A stretch of DNA of 64,000 bases from the IMG/VR virus record IMGVR_UViG_3300043464_002149; one strand, given 5' to 3'. The notes below the pieces were generated by a model. That model saw only the letters and a program-made list of their open reading frames with translations. It was not told the origin of the DNA and searched no databases. Shown piece after piece: positions 20,096 through 29,799 of the stretch (its first letter is position 1; every line of letters starts with the position of its first letter). The position numbers were made by a program, and so were the translations under genes. The DNA is from a virus. Its lineage: Duplodnaviria; Caudoviricetes.

Positions 20096-20923
20096 TTAAC
20101 AAACAGTACAGCCGGGGTCATAATTGTATAATTGACACCCATAACCACAATCATAGTATTTTTCGAATCTTGTTCTAAAGAATTGATAATTTTGTAAAAT
20201 CTCAGCGTTCGTTAATTCTACATCATAAATTACAACTGCGGCCACTCTAACATAAGCATTTTCGATAGTTAAATTTGAATTCATTGCTATAGTCATTCTT
20301 TGTACTGCACTCTGACTAAATCCCCCACCAATTGAGGCAGATGCTTCTTGTAACCCATTAACGTGAACAAATGCGGTGTTATTTTGTGTCCATTTATATG
20401 AAATTATTCTATATGGATCATTTGCGGCTTTTATACTGGTTGTTGGGTATAGACCACCAACACCACCATAAGATGCTCTCCACCATAAACCATGTTTTGA
20501 TTCATCACATGATGCTAGTGTAAAAAAATCACTATAATCGTTATTTACACTACTACCATCGTTAAAACTAACCAATCTACTACAACCACCAAAATTGGTG
20601 TTGTTAATACTTGACATCATTATCATCACCGTACCGGCCGCACCTACATTGTGTGAAATACTTCCCGCCCTTGTGGCATAATCGTTTGAACCACTAAATT
20701 GGAAAGCAGTTGCTCTATTATAAACACCATATACTGGACTATTAACTAATGTGAAATCGTAACCATTTCCACTTAAATCATACCAAATATTCCCATTACC
20801 GGGATATGAATTACCGTTTTGAGCATCCAAATAAAGCATCATACCTCTTCTAACGATTGACGTTGAATTGATTAATCCTGTCTCTATATTATCTAATATG
20901 TTTCCACCTACATCAAACGGCAT
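20096..20923 (-). CDS. LamG domain virion protein
   Basis: GMMLYLDA.N..SYPGNGNIWYDLSGNG; VAAVVIYDVELT. Confidence 0.8.
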   Translation of the reverse strand: MPFDVGGNILDNIETGLINSTSIVRRGMMLYLDAQNGNSYPGNGNIWYDLSGNGYDFTLVNSPVYGVYNRATAFQFSGSNDYATRAGSISHNVGAAGTVMIMMSSINNTNFGGCSRLVSFNDGSSVNNDYSDFFTLASCDESKHGLWWRASYGGVGGLYPTTSIKAANDPYRIISYKWTQNNTAFVHVNGLQEASASIGGGFSQSAVQRMTIAMNSNLTIENAYVRVAAVVIYDVELTNAEILQNYQFFRTRFEKYYDCGYGCQLYNYDPGCTVC

Positions 20924-20935
20924 ATTTTTTCTTTT

Positions 20936-21652
20936 TTATCTACCAAATCGAACTCTTTGAGAGGCAAAGTCTTGTATAACTTGTGCATCACTAAAAGCAA
21001 CGTTATATACTTTAGCATTTGCGATTATACCCGCAAATCTTGCCGCCCAACTACCACCTATTATATCAATTGGGTTGTTATTACCGGATGGTGAACTACC
21101 AGCACTAAGGTCTTTTATACCATTTACATACATATCCATTGTTGTATTGGTTCTATTAACCCAAGTTAAGTGTTGCCATAGATTATTATTTACTGTTGTC
21201 GATCCTATTAATCTAAACCACCCACCACTATATGACCAATAAGATATTCTACCAGAATTTATTCCTATTGACGAATACACAGGACCACCGCTTGAATTAC
21301 TGAATATTGCACCGGCACCTAAACCATCTGCGGATGTTCCAGTTCTAACCCACGCTGATATTGTCCAAGCAACATTACCATTACCTAAATTAAATGTAGT
21401 CATCATACCATAATCATCACCACCGTCAAAACTAAGTTGACCACCTGTTGTGGTACTATAAGTTGGCCCATTATATAATGTTATAGTTCTGCCGTTTCCA
21501 GTTAAGTCAGTCCAACTACTTCCACTACCCGGATATGAAGTAGCGATTCCAGCATCCCAATAATATAATAATCCACTTGTGATTACTGACGAATCATTAA
21601 GTAGTTTTACACCTAAGGAATTTAATTCATTACCACTTAAATTAATCGGCAT
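20936..21652 (-). CDS. LamG domain virion protein
   Basis: GLLYYWDAG..TSYPGSGSSWTDLTGNG; WQHLTWV; FAGIIANAKVYNVAFS. Confidence 0.85.
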   Translation of the reverse strand: MPINLSGNELNSLGVKLLNDSSVITSGLLYYWDAGIATSYPGSGSSWTDLTGNGRTITLYNGPTYSTTTGGQLSFDGGDDYGMMTTFNLGNGNVAWTISAWVRTGTSADGLGAGAIFSNSSGGPVYSSIGINSGRISYWSYSGGWFRLIGSTTVNNNLWQHLTWVNRTNTTMDMYVNGIKDLSAGSSPSGNNNPIDIIGGSWAARFAGIIANAKVYNVAFSDAQVIQDFASQRVRFGR

Positions 21653-21653
21653 A

Positions 21654-21905
21654 TTATAATCTGTTTAATTCACTATTTGTCCATTCTTCAGTTGCAAGAA
21701 TTTCCAAAATTTCAAAATTATAGTACTCTCTAGACTTAGTTAATAAATCATTAACACATTCAGGCATAACCCCTTCATATTTAACAAAGGTTTTATTACC
21801 GTCAACTGATTTACGTAACGTTTCTATCGAATCTTCTTTCACTTCATTAAAATTGATTTTATCAGCTTCTGAAAAATCAAATATTACATATTTTAATTCA
21901 CTCAT
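21654..21905 (-). CDS. small phage protein accompanying the fibre gene
   Basis: 83 aa; LRKSVDGNKTFVKY...EILEILATEEW, a pattern I associate with small proteins next to phage fibre genes. Confidence 0.6.
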   Translation of the reverse strand: MSELKYVIFDFSEADKINFNEVKEDSIETLRKSVDGNKTFVKYEGVMPECVNDLLTKSREYYNFEILEILATEEWTNSELNRL

Positions 21906-21906
21906 T

Positions 21907-24900
21907 TTAATGTACTTTTTTTGCTGGTGCTATTGATGGATCAACTTCTTGTAATAAGAATTTGAACACTTTATTTGTTTTATTATTATATATAAATAAA
22001 TCTTCTTCTCCTTCCACAATTGTATAATCACCAATTCCGTTTGACATCGATAAGTCAGAAGTAAATACTGTATTCCATCTTGAGGAGGATGAACCTAAAT
22101 TATAAGTTGAATTAGCTTTAGGTATGATGCTTCCATGTGTGTGTAATCCTCCCTCAACCCACATGTCAACTCTTCTATCTGATGAACCACTACTGGAAGA
22201 CATACCAACAATATTTAACGAATTTACTTGGTGATATCCCACAGATATTTGTGCGGAATTTGTTTCTTTACCACTATTAGCACCTCCAAAAATAATTCCG
22301 TTTGCACTAATTTTCATATTAGCGGTTGGTGTGTCTACCGTAACCGCCTGATGTACATTTAATACACCGTTGTTGTTAATTGTAAATAAGTTTAATGTAT
22401 CGGCCTCATTGTTGAACCTATAACCATGAGTCGCGTTTCCTGTAAAATATGCACTACCGCTACCTAATTTATAAACCCCATTAACTGTTAATGAACCCGT
22501 ATCAAACACGGAACCAGATGCATCTCTTTTCATATAGAACATTCTATACCATGCTGAACCATTGTTTACATAAAATTCAAAATCATGTGGTGAACCCGCA
22601 GCCGTTTGTATTGCACCATATTCAACACCCCCTTTAGCAAATCTTAGGTCATTATCAGTTGAAGTATTTAGGCTATCTAATCTAAGTGCAAAACTAGTAT
22701 TACCATCATTCTTAAATGTTGCATTATTTGTTGAATTTAGTGAAGATGATAGTGTTAAACCAACAAAAGTGGGACTATTACTTGTACCTAAATTTTGGTT
22801 GATGGTATATGCGGTAATATTACCTGCAGTTGTTGCACTGGTTGCTGTTCCAGCACTATCAGCATAACCCGCATAAATTTTATACCAAGAACCCCATGTG
22901 CCCGCCTCTCTTGTTCTAAAAGAAAAATATCTGTCCGATGAATTATATCTCGGAATTGCCATTTGCATTGCATATTGTGAATATGTATAATCATTACCTA
23001 ATCCAAGAGAAATACCATAAAACTGACCAGAACCTGTACCCGGCCCATTAGTTGTTCCCTGTATGAAATATGGACCATATACACTTACCGAATCAAAGTC
23101 AGTTGGGCTTCCGTGATTTCTACCTCTATTATTAAAAATTTGATTTATTGTTAATCCTTCTAAACCGCTTGAGTTTGATGCTAATGTTGCGGTAGCCGCA
23201 TTACCTGTTATATTTGTTTGGTCTCCGGTATTTGTTCCAGATAAATTAGCCGCACTTAAATTACCGGCAAATGTTGCGGTAGCATTAGAAGATATTGTTA
23301 ATACATCGTTACCATACGTCCATGAATATATTTTCATGTTATCTTCACCTGACCCATTACCCACTCTAATTTGCCATTGTTTAGCACCAGATGCCCCCCA
23401 AGTATTTGTTCCAACTTGAAATCTAATGTGTGCTTGATTTATACCACTAACTAATGTTCCACCATATTGAGTTCCTGGGGTTGTGCTAGTATTATAAAAA
23501 TGACTTTGTACAAATGGTTCATCAATTCTTGAATAACCAACACTTAATAAACCAGTCATTGTACCACCACCCAATGGTACTGAATATGATGAATAGTTAC
23601 CTGCGTGTAAAATAGCATTACTATTAAAACTGAAATTATCTCTAGCAACAGTGAATATAGATGTAAATGTTGCTGAACCACCAATGGTCGCCCCAGAGAA
23701 CACGTTTAAATCCATACCACCACCAGAAGTATTGAAATTTAAGTACGCACCAGTAGTACTTGTTGCTTGCCATCCACCATTAAAAAACGCACCTCTACTT
23801 ATAATACCACTATCTGATGTTATAAAAATACCATTTGCGGTTGATCCAAATAATGCTACAGTTTGATAGTTTGTTGTACTTGGTTTATTGAATGTATAAT
23901 ATGATGTACCTGAAACAGTTAACCCGGCTGATGATGTTATTCCTGGTGCTGTTAGTGCTCCAGTCATTGTATCACCGGCCTTTTGTACAAAAGTTGATGT
24001 TAATTGCGCAGAACCTGAAACTATACCACTTGGAATACTAGATATACTACTATATGTTATTTGGCTTGAACCGGATACCAAACCAGAAGGAATACTACTT
24101 ATTGAACCAAATGTTATTTGTGAAGAACCAGACACTAAACCAGAAGGTACACCGGTTATACCACCAAATGATATTTGTCCTGAACCTGATACAACAGTTA
24201 TTCCATTAAAGAACGAACCAGAGTGTATTGTTGTTCCGGCAAGTACTTGTGAAGAACCTGATACAGTTCCAGCAGGTAATGCTGAGACAACTTGTGCTGA
24301 ACTTGATAATACGTTTTCAGCATTCAATCTTGTTTTAATACCTGAAGAATAGTTTGTTGTTGCAGTTAAGTCAATTTGTGCTGAACCAGAAACAATTCCA
24401 CTAGGGATTCCTGATATACCACTATATGTGATTTGAGATGAACCAGAAACAATACCACTTGGTATGTTTGATAAACTTGGGTACGATACTTGTGAAGATC
24501 CAGAAACAATACCACTTGGCACATTACTTAATCCTGTATATGATACTTGTGAAGAACCAGACACCAAACCTGAAGGTACCCCCGATACTGAACCAAATGA
24601 AACTTGACTTGATCCTGATAATACGCCTTCAGCATTCAATCTATTTTTAATTGTTGTGTTGATTGAACTTGTAAAAGTATTTAAACTACTTGTACTAGTT
24701 TCAATCGCGTTAACTCTACTATTATTGCTTGATGTATATGAATTAAAATCTGTTCTAATACTTCCACTAGCAGTTTCTAAAGAACTTAATCTTGATGATG
24801 CTGATGACGTAAATGTATTTAAAGAACCTGTTGTACCTTCTATAACACCAAGTCTTGTATTGTTAGATGATGTGTATGAATTCAAACTTGCCGTTGCTGT

Positions 24901-27507
24901 TTGAATTGCATTAATATTTGTTGTATTAGATGATGTGTAACTGTTTAATGAGTTAACTGAAGATTGTATTGTTGTAATGTTTGTTCCACCAACTGTACCC
25001 GTTACAACCAAACCACCAGTAATTTCAGTATTTGAATTAATTGATACTATTGTACCATTGTCACTAATATTACTGTCACCAAGGTGTTCAGAATTGATTG
25101 ATTTGACTACTCTGTTTGTTGTAGGATAAATTTCAGAACCCAAACTGTCAAAACTTTCAGGACCCATTAACACAACGGAAGAAGTTGTTGGACTACCTGC
25201 AATTGCCTGGTGAACAAATATCCATTGGTCGTTTGTTGAATCAAATAACATTGATCCAGATACTTGCGGCGAAGATCCACTATCAATAACACTTAATCCA
25301 CCAAATCTTATATTTGGATTCTGTGCATTTACTGTAATGATATTATCAGCGATGTTTACCACCGAAGAACTAATATGTTGAATCGAAGATGAACCAGCGA
25401 TAATTAAATCTTGTGAAACAAATAATGAACCGGTAATAATTTGATTACCTATAAAGGTGTTACTACCAGTAGTTGCGTAACTACCTGTCTTTCCTTCAAT
25501 AGAACTTAATCTATTATCTTGTCCTAAATTATATGTTGCAACAGATGTACTTAAGTTATTTGTTGTTGTAGCAACTGAACTTGATAAAGCACCAGCGCTA
25601 CTTGAAATTGAAGAACTAAATGTTGAATATCCTGTTGTATCCGTAATATTAATTTGAACAGAACCAGATATTACACCTTCAGTATTTAATCTATTTTTAA
25701 TAGTAGTGTTAATAGAACTAGTAAAAGTATTTAAACTGCTAGTTGATGTTTCAATTGATGTTAATCTACTACCAGCACTTGAGGTAAAACTATTTAAACT
25801 TCCACTACTTGTTTCAAGATTTGATAAACGAGTGTTGGCAGAAGATGTAAATGTATTTAAAGAACCTGTTGTTGTTTCAATAACACCAAGTCTTGTATTA
25901 TTAGATGATGTATATGAATTTAATGAAGCTGTAGTTGTTTCTATTACACCTAATTTAGTATTTGTACTAGATGTAAAAGTGTTTAAACTACTTGTTGTAG
26001 TTTCAATAGCCCCCAATCTTGTGTTTGTACTTGAGGTAAAACTATTTAAACTTCCAGCACTAGTTTCAAGATTAGAAACCCTTGTATTAATAGAAGAACT
26101 AAAATCAGTTAAATTAATTCCTTCAATTGTTCCAGTAATATCAATAGAACCAGATACAACAATATCACTTGCAAAAACAACTGGTGTTCCGTTAACTGAT
26201 GATTGAATCTTATTTCCGTTTAAAATTTCAACGGCACCTTTCAACATGATTTTACCATTTGTTGGGTCTAATAAGATATCACCATCGGCATTTGATTTTA
26301 ATTCAATATCACCGTCAGCTGTTTGAAGAATGATTGAATCTGTACCACCTTCTAAAATCTTAATTGATTGGCCATTATCGGTTGTGATTTGTAATTCTTG
26401 TGCAGTACTACTAATAACTTTGGTTCCGTCGATGTAAAGAGATCCAGAAGAAATATAAACATCTCTCCATTGATAATCTGGGCTACCTAAATCATATGTA
26501 TTATCAACAGAAGGTATAATTGAACCAGATAATGTTTGAGTTCCTTTAAATAAATTAGATCCAGTTATAGCAAACCCATAATTGGTTATTTGAGTAGAAC
26601 TTGAAACAACATTAGAACCATTTAATATTTGTGATGAACCAGATATAACACCATCAGCATTAAGTTTATTCTTAATTGTTGTATTAATTGATGATGTAAA
26701 TGAGTTTAAACTAGAAGTAGATGTTTCAATAATTCCCAATCTTACATCATTACTAGAAGAATAGGAATTTAAACTACTTGTACTTGTCTCAATCGCGTTT
26801 AATCTATTATTGGTACTCGAACTGAATGTATTTAAACTTCCTGTTGAAGTTTCAACTGTTGTTAATCTATTATTAACTGATGAACTAAAACTGTATAAAC
26901 TAGCTGTTGCGGATTCAATTGAATTAAATCTACCGTTTGCACTACTTGTAAATGTGTTTAAAGAACTTGTTGTTGAATCAATAACATTTAATTTATTTTC
27001 TAAACTATTTGTATAATTGTTAAGACTTGATGTAAAAGTTTTAATTGAACTTGAAAATAAAGCAAATTCAACTTCATTCACAAAAGAAGCATCTAATGAG
27101 GAACTAAATGATTCTAACGAACCTACTCTTGAATTAAATGAAGAACTATGGCTAATATAAGATGTTGTAAACGAATTATATGAACTTGTTAAACCATTAA
27201 AATCTGACGTTGCAACTTTATAAGATGAGGTATATGTTTGAAATGTTGTTTCATCCAATTTACCTGTACCAATTGCTTGTCCATTTAGTGTGATTGAACC
27301 AGTAATATTAACTGATCCAGTAAGTGTATGGGTATCATCAAATGTGTTACCAAAGGCTGTAGACCCCGATTCAAAAATTACTGATGATGTGGTGATTGAA
27401 GTATGAAGTTCATCTACCGTTAATGTTCCCCTAACCCTTAAATCCTGCTCAAAATCGGCAGAACCGGACACAATAAGTCCGTTTTTAACTTTAAATTCGT
27501 TTGCCAT
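21907..27507 (-). CDS. long Ser/Thr-rich tail fibre A (1866 aa), paralog of 13958..20041
   Basis: MANEFKVKNGL start, TSSLNTFTSS repeats, blocks shared with fibre B, C-terminal TYNLGS..RWNTVFTSDLSMSN..YTIVEG.EDLFIYNN. Confidence 0.85.
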   Translation of the reverse strand: MANEFKVKNGLIVSGSADFEQDLRVRGTLTVDELHTSITTSSVIFESGSTAFGNTFDDTHTLTGSVNITGSITLNGQAIGTGKLDETTFQTYTSSYKVATSDFNGLTSSYNSFTTSYISHSSSFNSRVGSLESFSSSLDASFVNEVEFALFSSSIKTFTSSLNNYTNSLENKLNVIDSTTSSLNTFTSSANGRFNSIESATASLYSFSSSVNNRLTTVETSTGSLNTFSSSTNNRLNAIETSTSSLNSYSSSNDVRLGIIETSTSSLNSFTSSINTTIKNKLNADGVISGSSQILNGSNVVSSSTQITNYGFAITGSNLFKGTQTLSGSIIPSVDNTYDLGSPDYQWRDVYISSGSLYIDGTKVISSTAQELQITTDNGQSIKILEGGTDSIILQTADGDIELKSNADGDILLDPTNGKIMLKGAVEILNGNKIQSSVNGTPVVFASDIVVSGSIDITGTIEGINLTDFSSSINTRVSNLETSAGSLNSFTSSTNTRLGAIETTTSSLNTFTSSTNTKLGVIETTTASLNSYTSSNNTRLGVIETTTGSLNTFTSSANTRLSNLETSSGSLNSFTSSAGSRLTSIETSTSSLNTFTSSINTTIKNRLNTEGVISGSVQINITDTTGYSTFSSSISSSAGALSSSVATTTNNLSTSVATYNLGQDNRLSSIEGKTGSYATTGSNTFIGNQIITGSLFVSQDLIIAGSSSIQHISSSVVNIADNIITVNAQNPNIRFGGLSVIDSGSSPQVSGSMLFDSTNDQWIFVHQAIAGSPTTSSVVLMGPESFDSLGSEIYPTTNRVVKSINSEHLGDSNISDNGTIVSINSNTEITGGLVVTGTVGGTNITTIQSSVNSLNSYTSSNTTNINAIQTATASLNSYTSSNNTRLGVIEGTTGSLNTFTSSASSRLSSLETASGSIRTDFNSYTSSNNSRVNAIETSTSSLNTFTSSINTTIKNRLNAEGVLSGSSQVSFGSVSGVPSGLVSGSSQVSYTGLSNVPSGIVSGSSQVSYPSLSNIPSGIVSGSSQITYSGISGIPSGIVSGSAQIDLTATTNYSSGIKTRLNAENVLSSSAQVVSALPAGTVSGSSQVLAGTTIHSGSFFNGITVVSGSGQISFGGITGVPSGLVSGSSQITFGSISSIPSGLVSGSSQITYSSISSIPSGIVSGSAQLTSTFVQKAGDTMTGALTAPGITSSAGLTVSGTSYYTFNKPSTTNYQTVALFGSTANGIFITSDSGIISRGAFFNGGWQATSTTGAYLNFNTSGGGMDLNVFSGATIGGSATFTSIFTVARDNFSFNSNAILHAGNYSSYSVPLGGGTMTGLLSVGYSRIDEPFVQSHFYNTSTTPGTQYGGTLVSGINQAHIRFQVGTNTWGASGAKQWQIRVGNGSGEDNMKIYSWTYGNDVLTISSNATATFAGNLSAANLSGTNTGDQTNITGNAATATLASNSSGLEGLTINQIFNNRGRNHGSPTDFDSVSVYGPYFIQGTTNGPGTGSGQFYGISLGLGNDYTYSQYAMQMAIPRYNSSDRYFSFRTREAGTWGSWYKIYAGYADSAGTATSATTAGNITAYTINQNLGTSNSPTFVGLTLSSSLNSTNNATFKNDGNTSFALRLDSLNTSTDNDLRFAKGGVEYGAIQTAAGSPHDFEFYVNNGSAWYRMFYMKRDASGSVFDTGSLTVNGVYKLGSGSAYFTGNATHGYRFNNEADTLNLFTINNNGVLNVHQAVTVDTPTANMKISANGIIFGGANSGKETNSAQISVGYHQVNSLNIVGMSSSSGSSDRRVDMWVEGGLHTHGSIIPKANSTYNLGSSSSRWNTVFTSDLSMSNGIGDYTIVEGEEDLFIYNNKTNKVFKFLLQEVDPSIAPAKKVH

Positions 27508-27558
27508 ATTATATTAGTTTCACTGTCCACTAATGTGTTACTAATAAATACTTACTTT

Positions 27559-29652
27559 TTAACAAGCGTAAGTGTTAATTACATATCCTTGGCTATCAAT
27601 TTGCAATGTTGTACCATAATCGGCATTAGAATTACCATAATACTTGCTACCACCGTTAAATGGTGTTGTCATTGATGAATTTGTGTAGAATCTTGTGATA
27701 TCTAACCAATCAACTGCATTACCATATACGGTTTGACTTGTTCCAAATAATCCAGAACAATAGTCAGGAGCAGTACTACCACTACTAATTAAAAAATTCG
27801 TTGCAGTTGGGGTAGGTGTTGGTGTTGGTGTAGATGTTACAGTCGGTGTTGCGGTAGGTGTAGATGTTACAGTTGGTGTAGGGGTTGAAGTAACAGTTGC
27901 TGTTGGTGTAGGGGTTGAAGTAACAGTTGCTGTTGGTGTAGGGGTTGAAGTAACAGTTGCTGTTGGGGTTGGTGTCGCTTGAATACCAGACGATTCCCCA
28001 AGTGCTCTATATAATACCTCAACTGTCCAAGTCCCTGAGCTTATTGTTGCGTTTAATCTACCAGTTCCTGAAACATTAAATCCAACAGCACTAGTATTAC
28101 CTAAGTCAATTGTTGTTGTTTCGTTATATGATGAGTTCATGCCATCCCAAACGCTCATAATGTTTCCAGCCCTCATATTAGAACCATTCTTAACAACATA
28201 ATCAAAGAATGCACCATCAAAAGAACCCAAATTAAAAATTTCAGTATTACTTGAGATAGTTGTTCCTGTTGCACATATTTTTGCGTTGTTTATTGTTAAA
28301 CAACCATTGATTGTTTGATTACCATTAAACGTATTTGAACCGGTTGTTGCATAACCTAAGTTGGAGATTTGTGAACTACCACTTATTAAATTAGTATTTG
28401 TGAAATTTATACTAGAAGCGTTAACAGAACCAGAAATTATATGACCACCCTTTGCAACATTTAAATGACCTGAAACAGGTATTGAAAAATAAACCTCAAT
28501 ATTATCACCATCAATAGATTTAATTTCTTGTGGGAAAATTATTTTTCTATTGTTATCATAAACAGTAACAATTGGATAATCTGTCCCCATATTATGATTA
28601 ACAGACCAAGTTGTTGCTGAAGCGAATTGTTGTGTCATTCCACCAGGGCCAGTACCAAGTGACGCAATCACTTTACCGGTTTGTGCCGATGGGAATGTAA
28701 TTGTTGCCGTGTCAGAATTTACAGCTGTTATTTGTGAAGGTAAAATAACTCTATCATTTGTATCGAAAATCTGAAAGATAGGGTATTTTTGACCTAGGTT
28801 ATGATTGAACGTCCAAGTTGTACTAGGTGTTGTTTGATCTAATTTAACAAAACCGCCACCACTTGACCCACCACTTCCACCAGCACCCGCATTAAGAGCA
28901 AATGATGCAGTTAACGCATATGATGAACTAAGAACCGTCATTGACGATGTTTCACTAGTTAATACAACACTTGATGTGAAATTATCTAATGATGATAGAT
29001 GATTATCTGTTGAACTTGTAAAAGAATTAAAACTATTTGTTAAACTATCTAATGAACCAGTTACATTATCAATTCTTGTATTAAGAGATGATGATAATGT
29101 AAGTGTACTAAACTTTAATTCTTTTGTATATCCGTTTGTATTGGTATCAGTATTTGATACTGTGATATCAATACCACCATCACTAATAACTTCAAATGCA
29201 TCAGATCCGGTTGCTCTTAACATTCCAGAGCCTGAAACAAAAATATCTCTAAAATGTGAACCGATTGAAATAAATGCAGTTCCTGGTGCAGATTCGCTTA
29301 CATTTAAACCAGTATCGGAATCAAAATGTAATTTTGAGAATTGTTTATCATAATTGTTCCCATCAACATCTGATCCAGTAACTACAAATGGTACGTTTGT
29401 CAACCCACTCGCATTACCAATAAATGAACCTGTAAAATTTGATGCTGATATAGCACCTACTAAATTAATTGAACCAGTATTAACAGTGTTTGTAACAACC
29501 AATTCTTGTACTGAGGGTCCCCCTGAACCGGATACCGCCATAAAGACTTTACCATCGGCGGTATTAAGCGCTAATTCTCCAAGTTGTAAGTTAGTGTTAG
29601 TTGGTTTTTGACCAGATACACTACTTCTACGCAGTTTTACTATTTGTGCCAT
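27559..29652 (-). CDS. tail fibre/tail-associated protein with HNLG repeats and PT linker
   Basis: MAQIVKLRRS...LGELALNTADGKVF N-terminus (tropism-determinant-like); two TW.(F/V)NHN(L/M)G..YP units; TPTPT linker. Confidence 0.7.
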   Translation of the reverse strand: MAQIVKLRRSSVSGQKPTNTNLQLGELALNTADGKVFMAVSGSGGPSVQELVVTNTVNTGSINLVGAISASNFTGSFIGNASGLTNVPFVVTGSDVDGNNYDKQFSKLHFDSDTGLNVSESAPGTAFISIGSHFRDIFVSGSGMLRATGSDAFEVISDGGIDITVSNTDTNTNGYTKELKFSTLTLSSSLNTRIDNVTGSLDSLTNSFNSFTSSTDNHLSSLDNFTSSVVLTSETSSMTVLSSSYALTASFALNAGAGGSGGSSGGGFVKLDQTTPSTTWTFNHNLGQKYPIFQIFDTNDRVILPSQITAVNSDTATITFPSAQTGKVIASLGTGPGGMTQQFASATTWSVNHNMGTDYPIVTVYDNNRKIIFPQEIKSIDGDNIEVYFSIPVSGHLNVAKGGHIISGSVNASSINFTNTNLISGSSQISNLGYATTGSNTFNGNQTINGCLTINNAKICATGTTISSNTEIFNLGSFDGAFFDYVVKNGSNMRAGNIMSVWDGMNSSYNETTTIDLGNTSAVGFNVSGTGRLNATISSGTWTVEVLYRALGESSGIQATPTPTATVTSTPTPTATVTSTPTPTATVTSTPTPTVTSTPTATPTVTSTPTPTPTPTATNFLISSGSTAPDYCSGLFGTSQTVYGNAVDWLDITRFYTNSSMTTPFNGGSKYYGNSNADYGTTLQIDSQGYVINTYAC
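27872..27966. repeat. perfect 30-bp tandem repeat (3 copies) encoding ATVTSTPTPT
   Basis: gttggtgtaggggttgaagtaacagttgct at 27872, 27902 and 27932. Confidence 0.9.
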
Positions 29653-29710
29653 ATATATGGGTCCCTCAAAATTGTTGTGGTATATACCACTGTTAATAAC
29701 CTATGTAGGT
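29649..29710. promoter_or_regulatory. three clustered dyad-symmetric elements in a 5' leader
   Basis: CCATATATATGG 29649-29660, GTGGTATATACCAC 29677-29690, ACCTA-TG-TAGGT 29699-29710. Confidence 0.45.
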
Positions 29711-29747
29711 CTTACTATAAATACATAAAAAATATGATTGTGTAAAT

Positions 29748-29776
29748 AAAAAAGGGAGGTTTTTATCCTCCCTTTT
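29748..29776 (-). terminator. intrinsic terminator
   Basis: AAAAGGGAGG stem paired with CCTCCCTTTT, with a T-run on the minus strand, after 29800..32781. Confidence 0.75.
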
Positions 29777-29799
29777 ATTTTTTATCCTAATATAAACGT

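Noticed and set aside
16818-26206. Plus-strand Val/Leu-rich ORFs (16818..17348, 19368..19661, 24656..24904, 25706..26206 and others)
   Set aside because: Antisense shadows of the repetitive fibre genes, with no independent motifs or expression signals.
10952-27507. Diversity-generating retroelement or invertase-driven fibre switching
   Set aside because: No reverse transcriptase or recombinase, no adenine-specific TR/VR pair seen, and all tip genes share one orientation.
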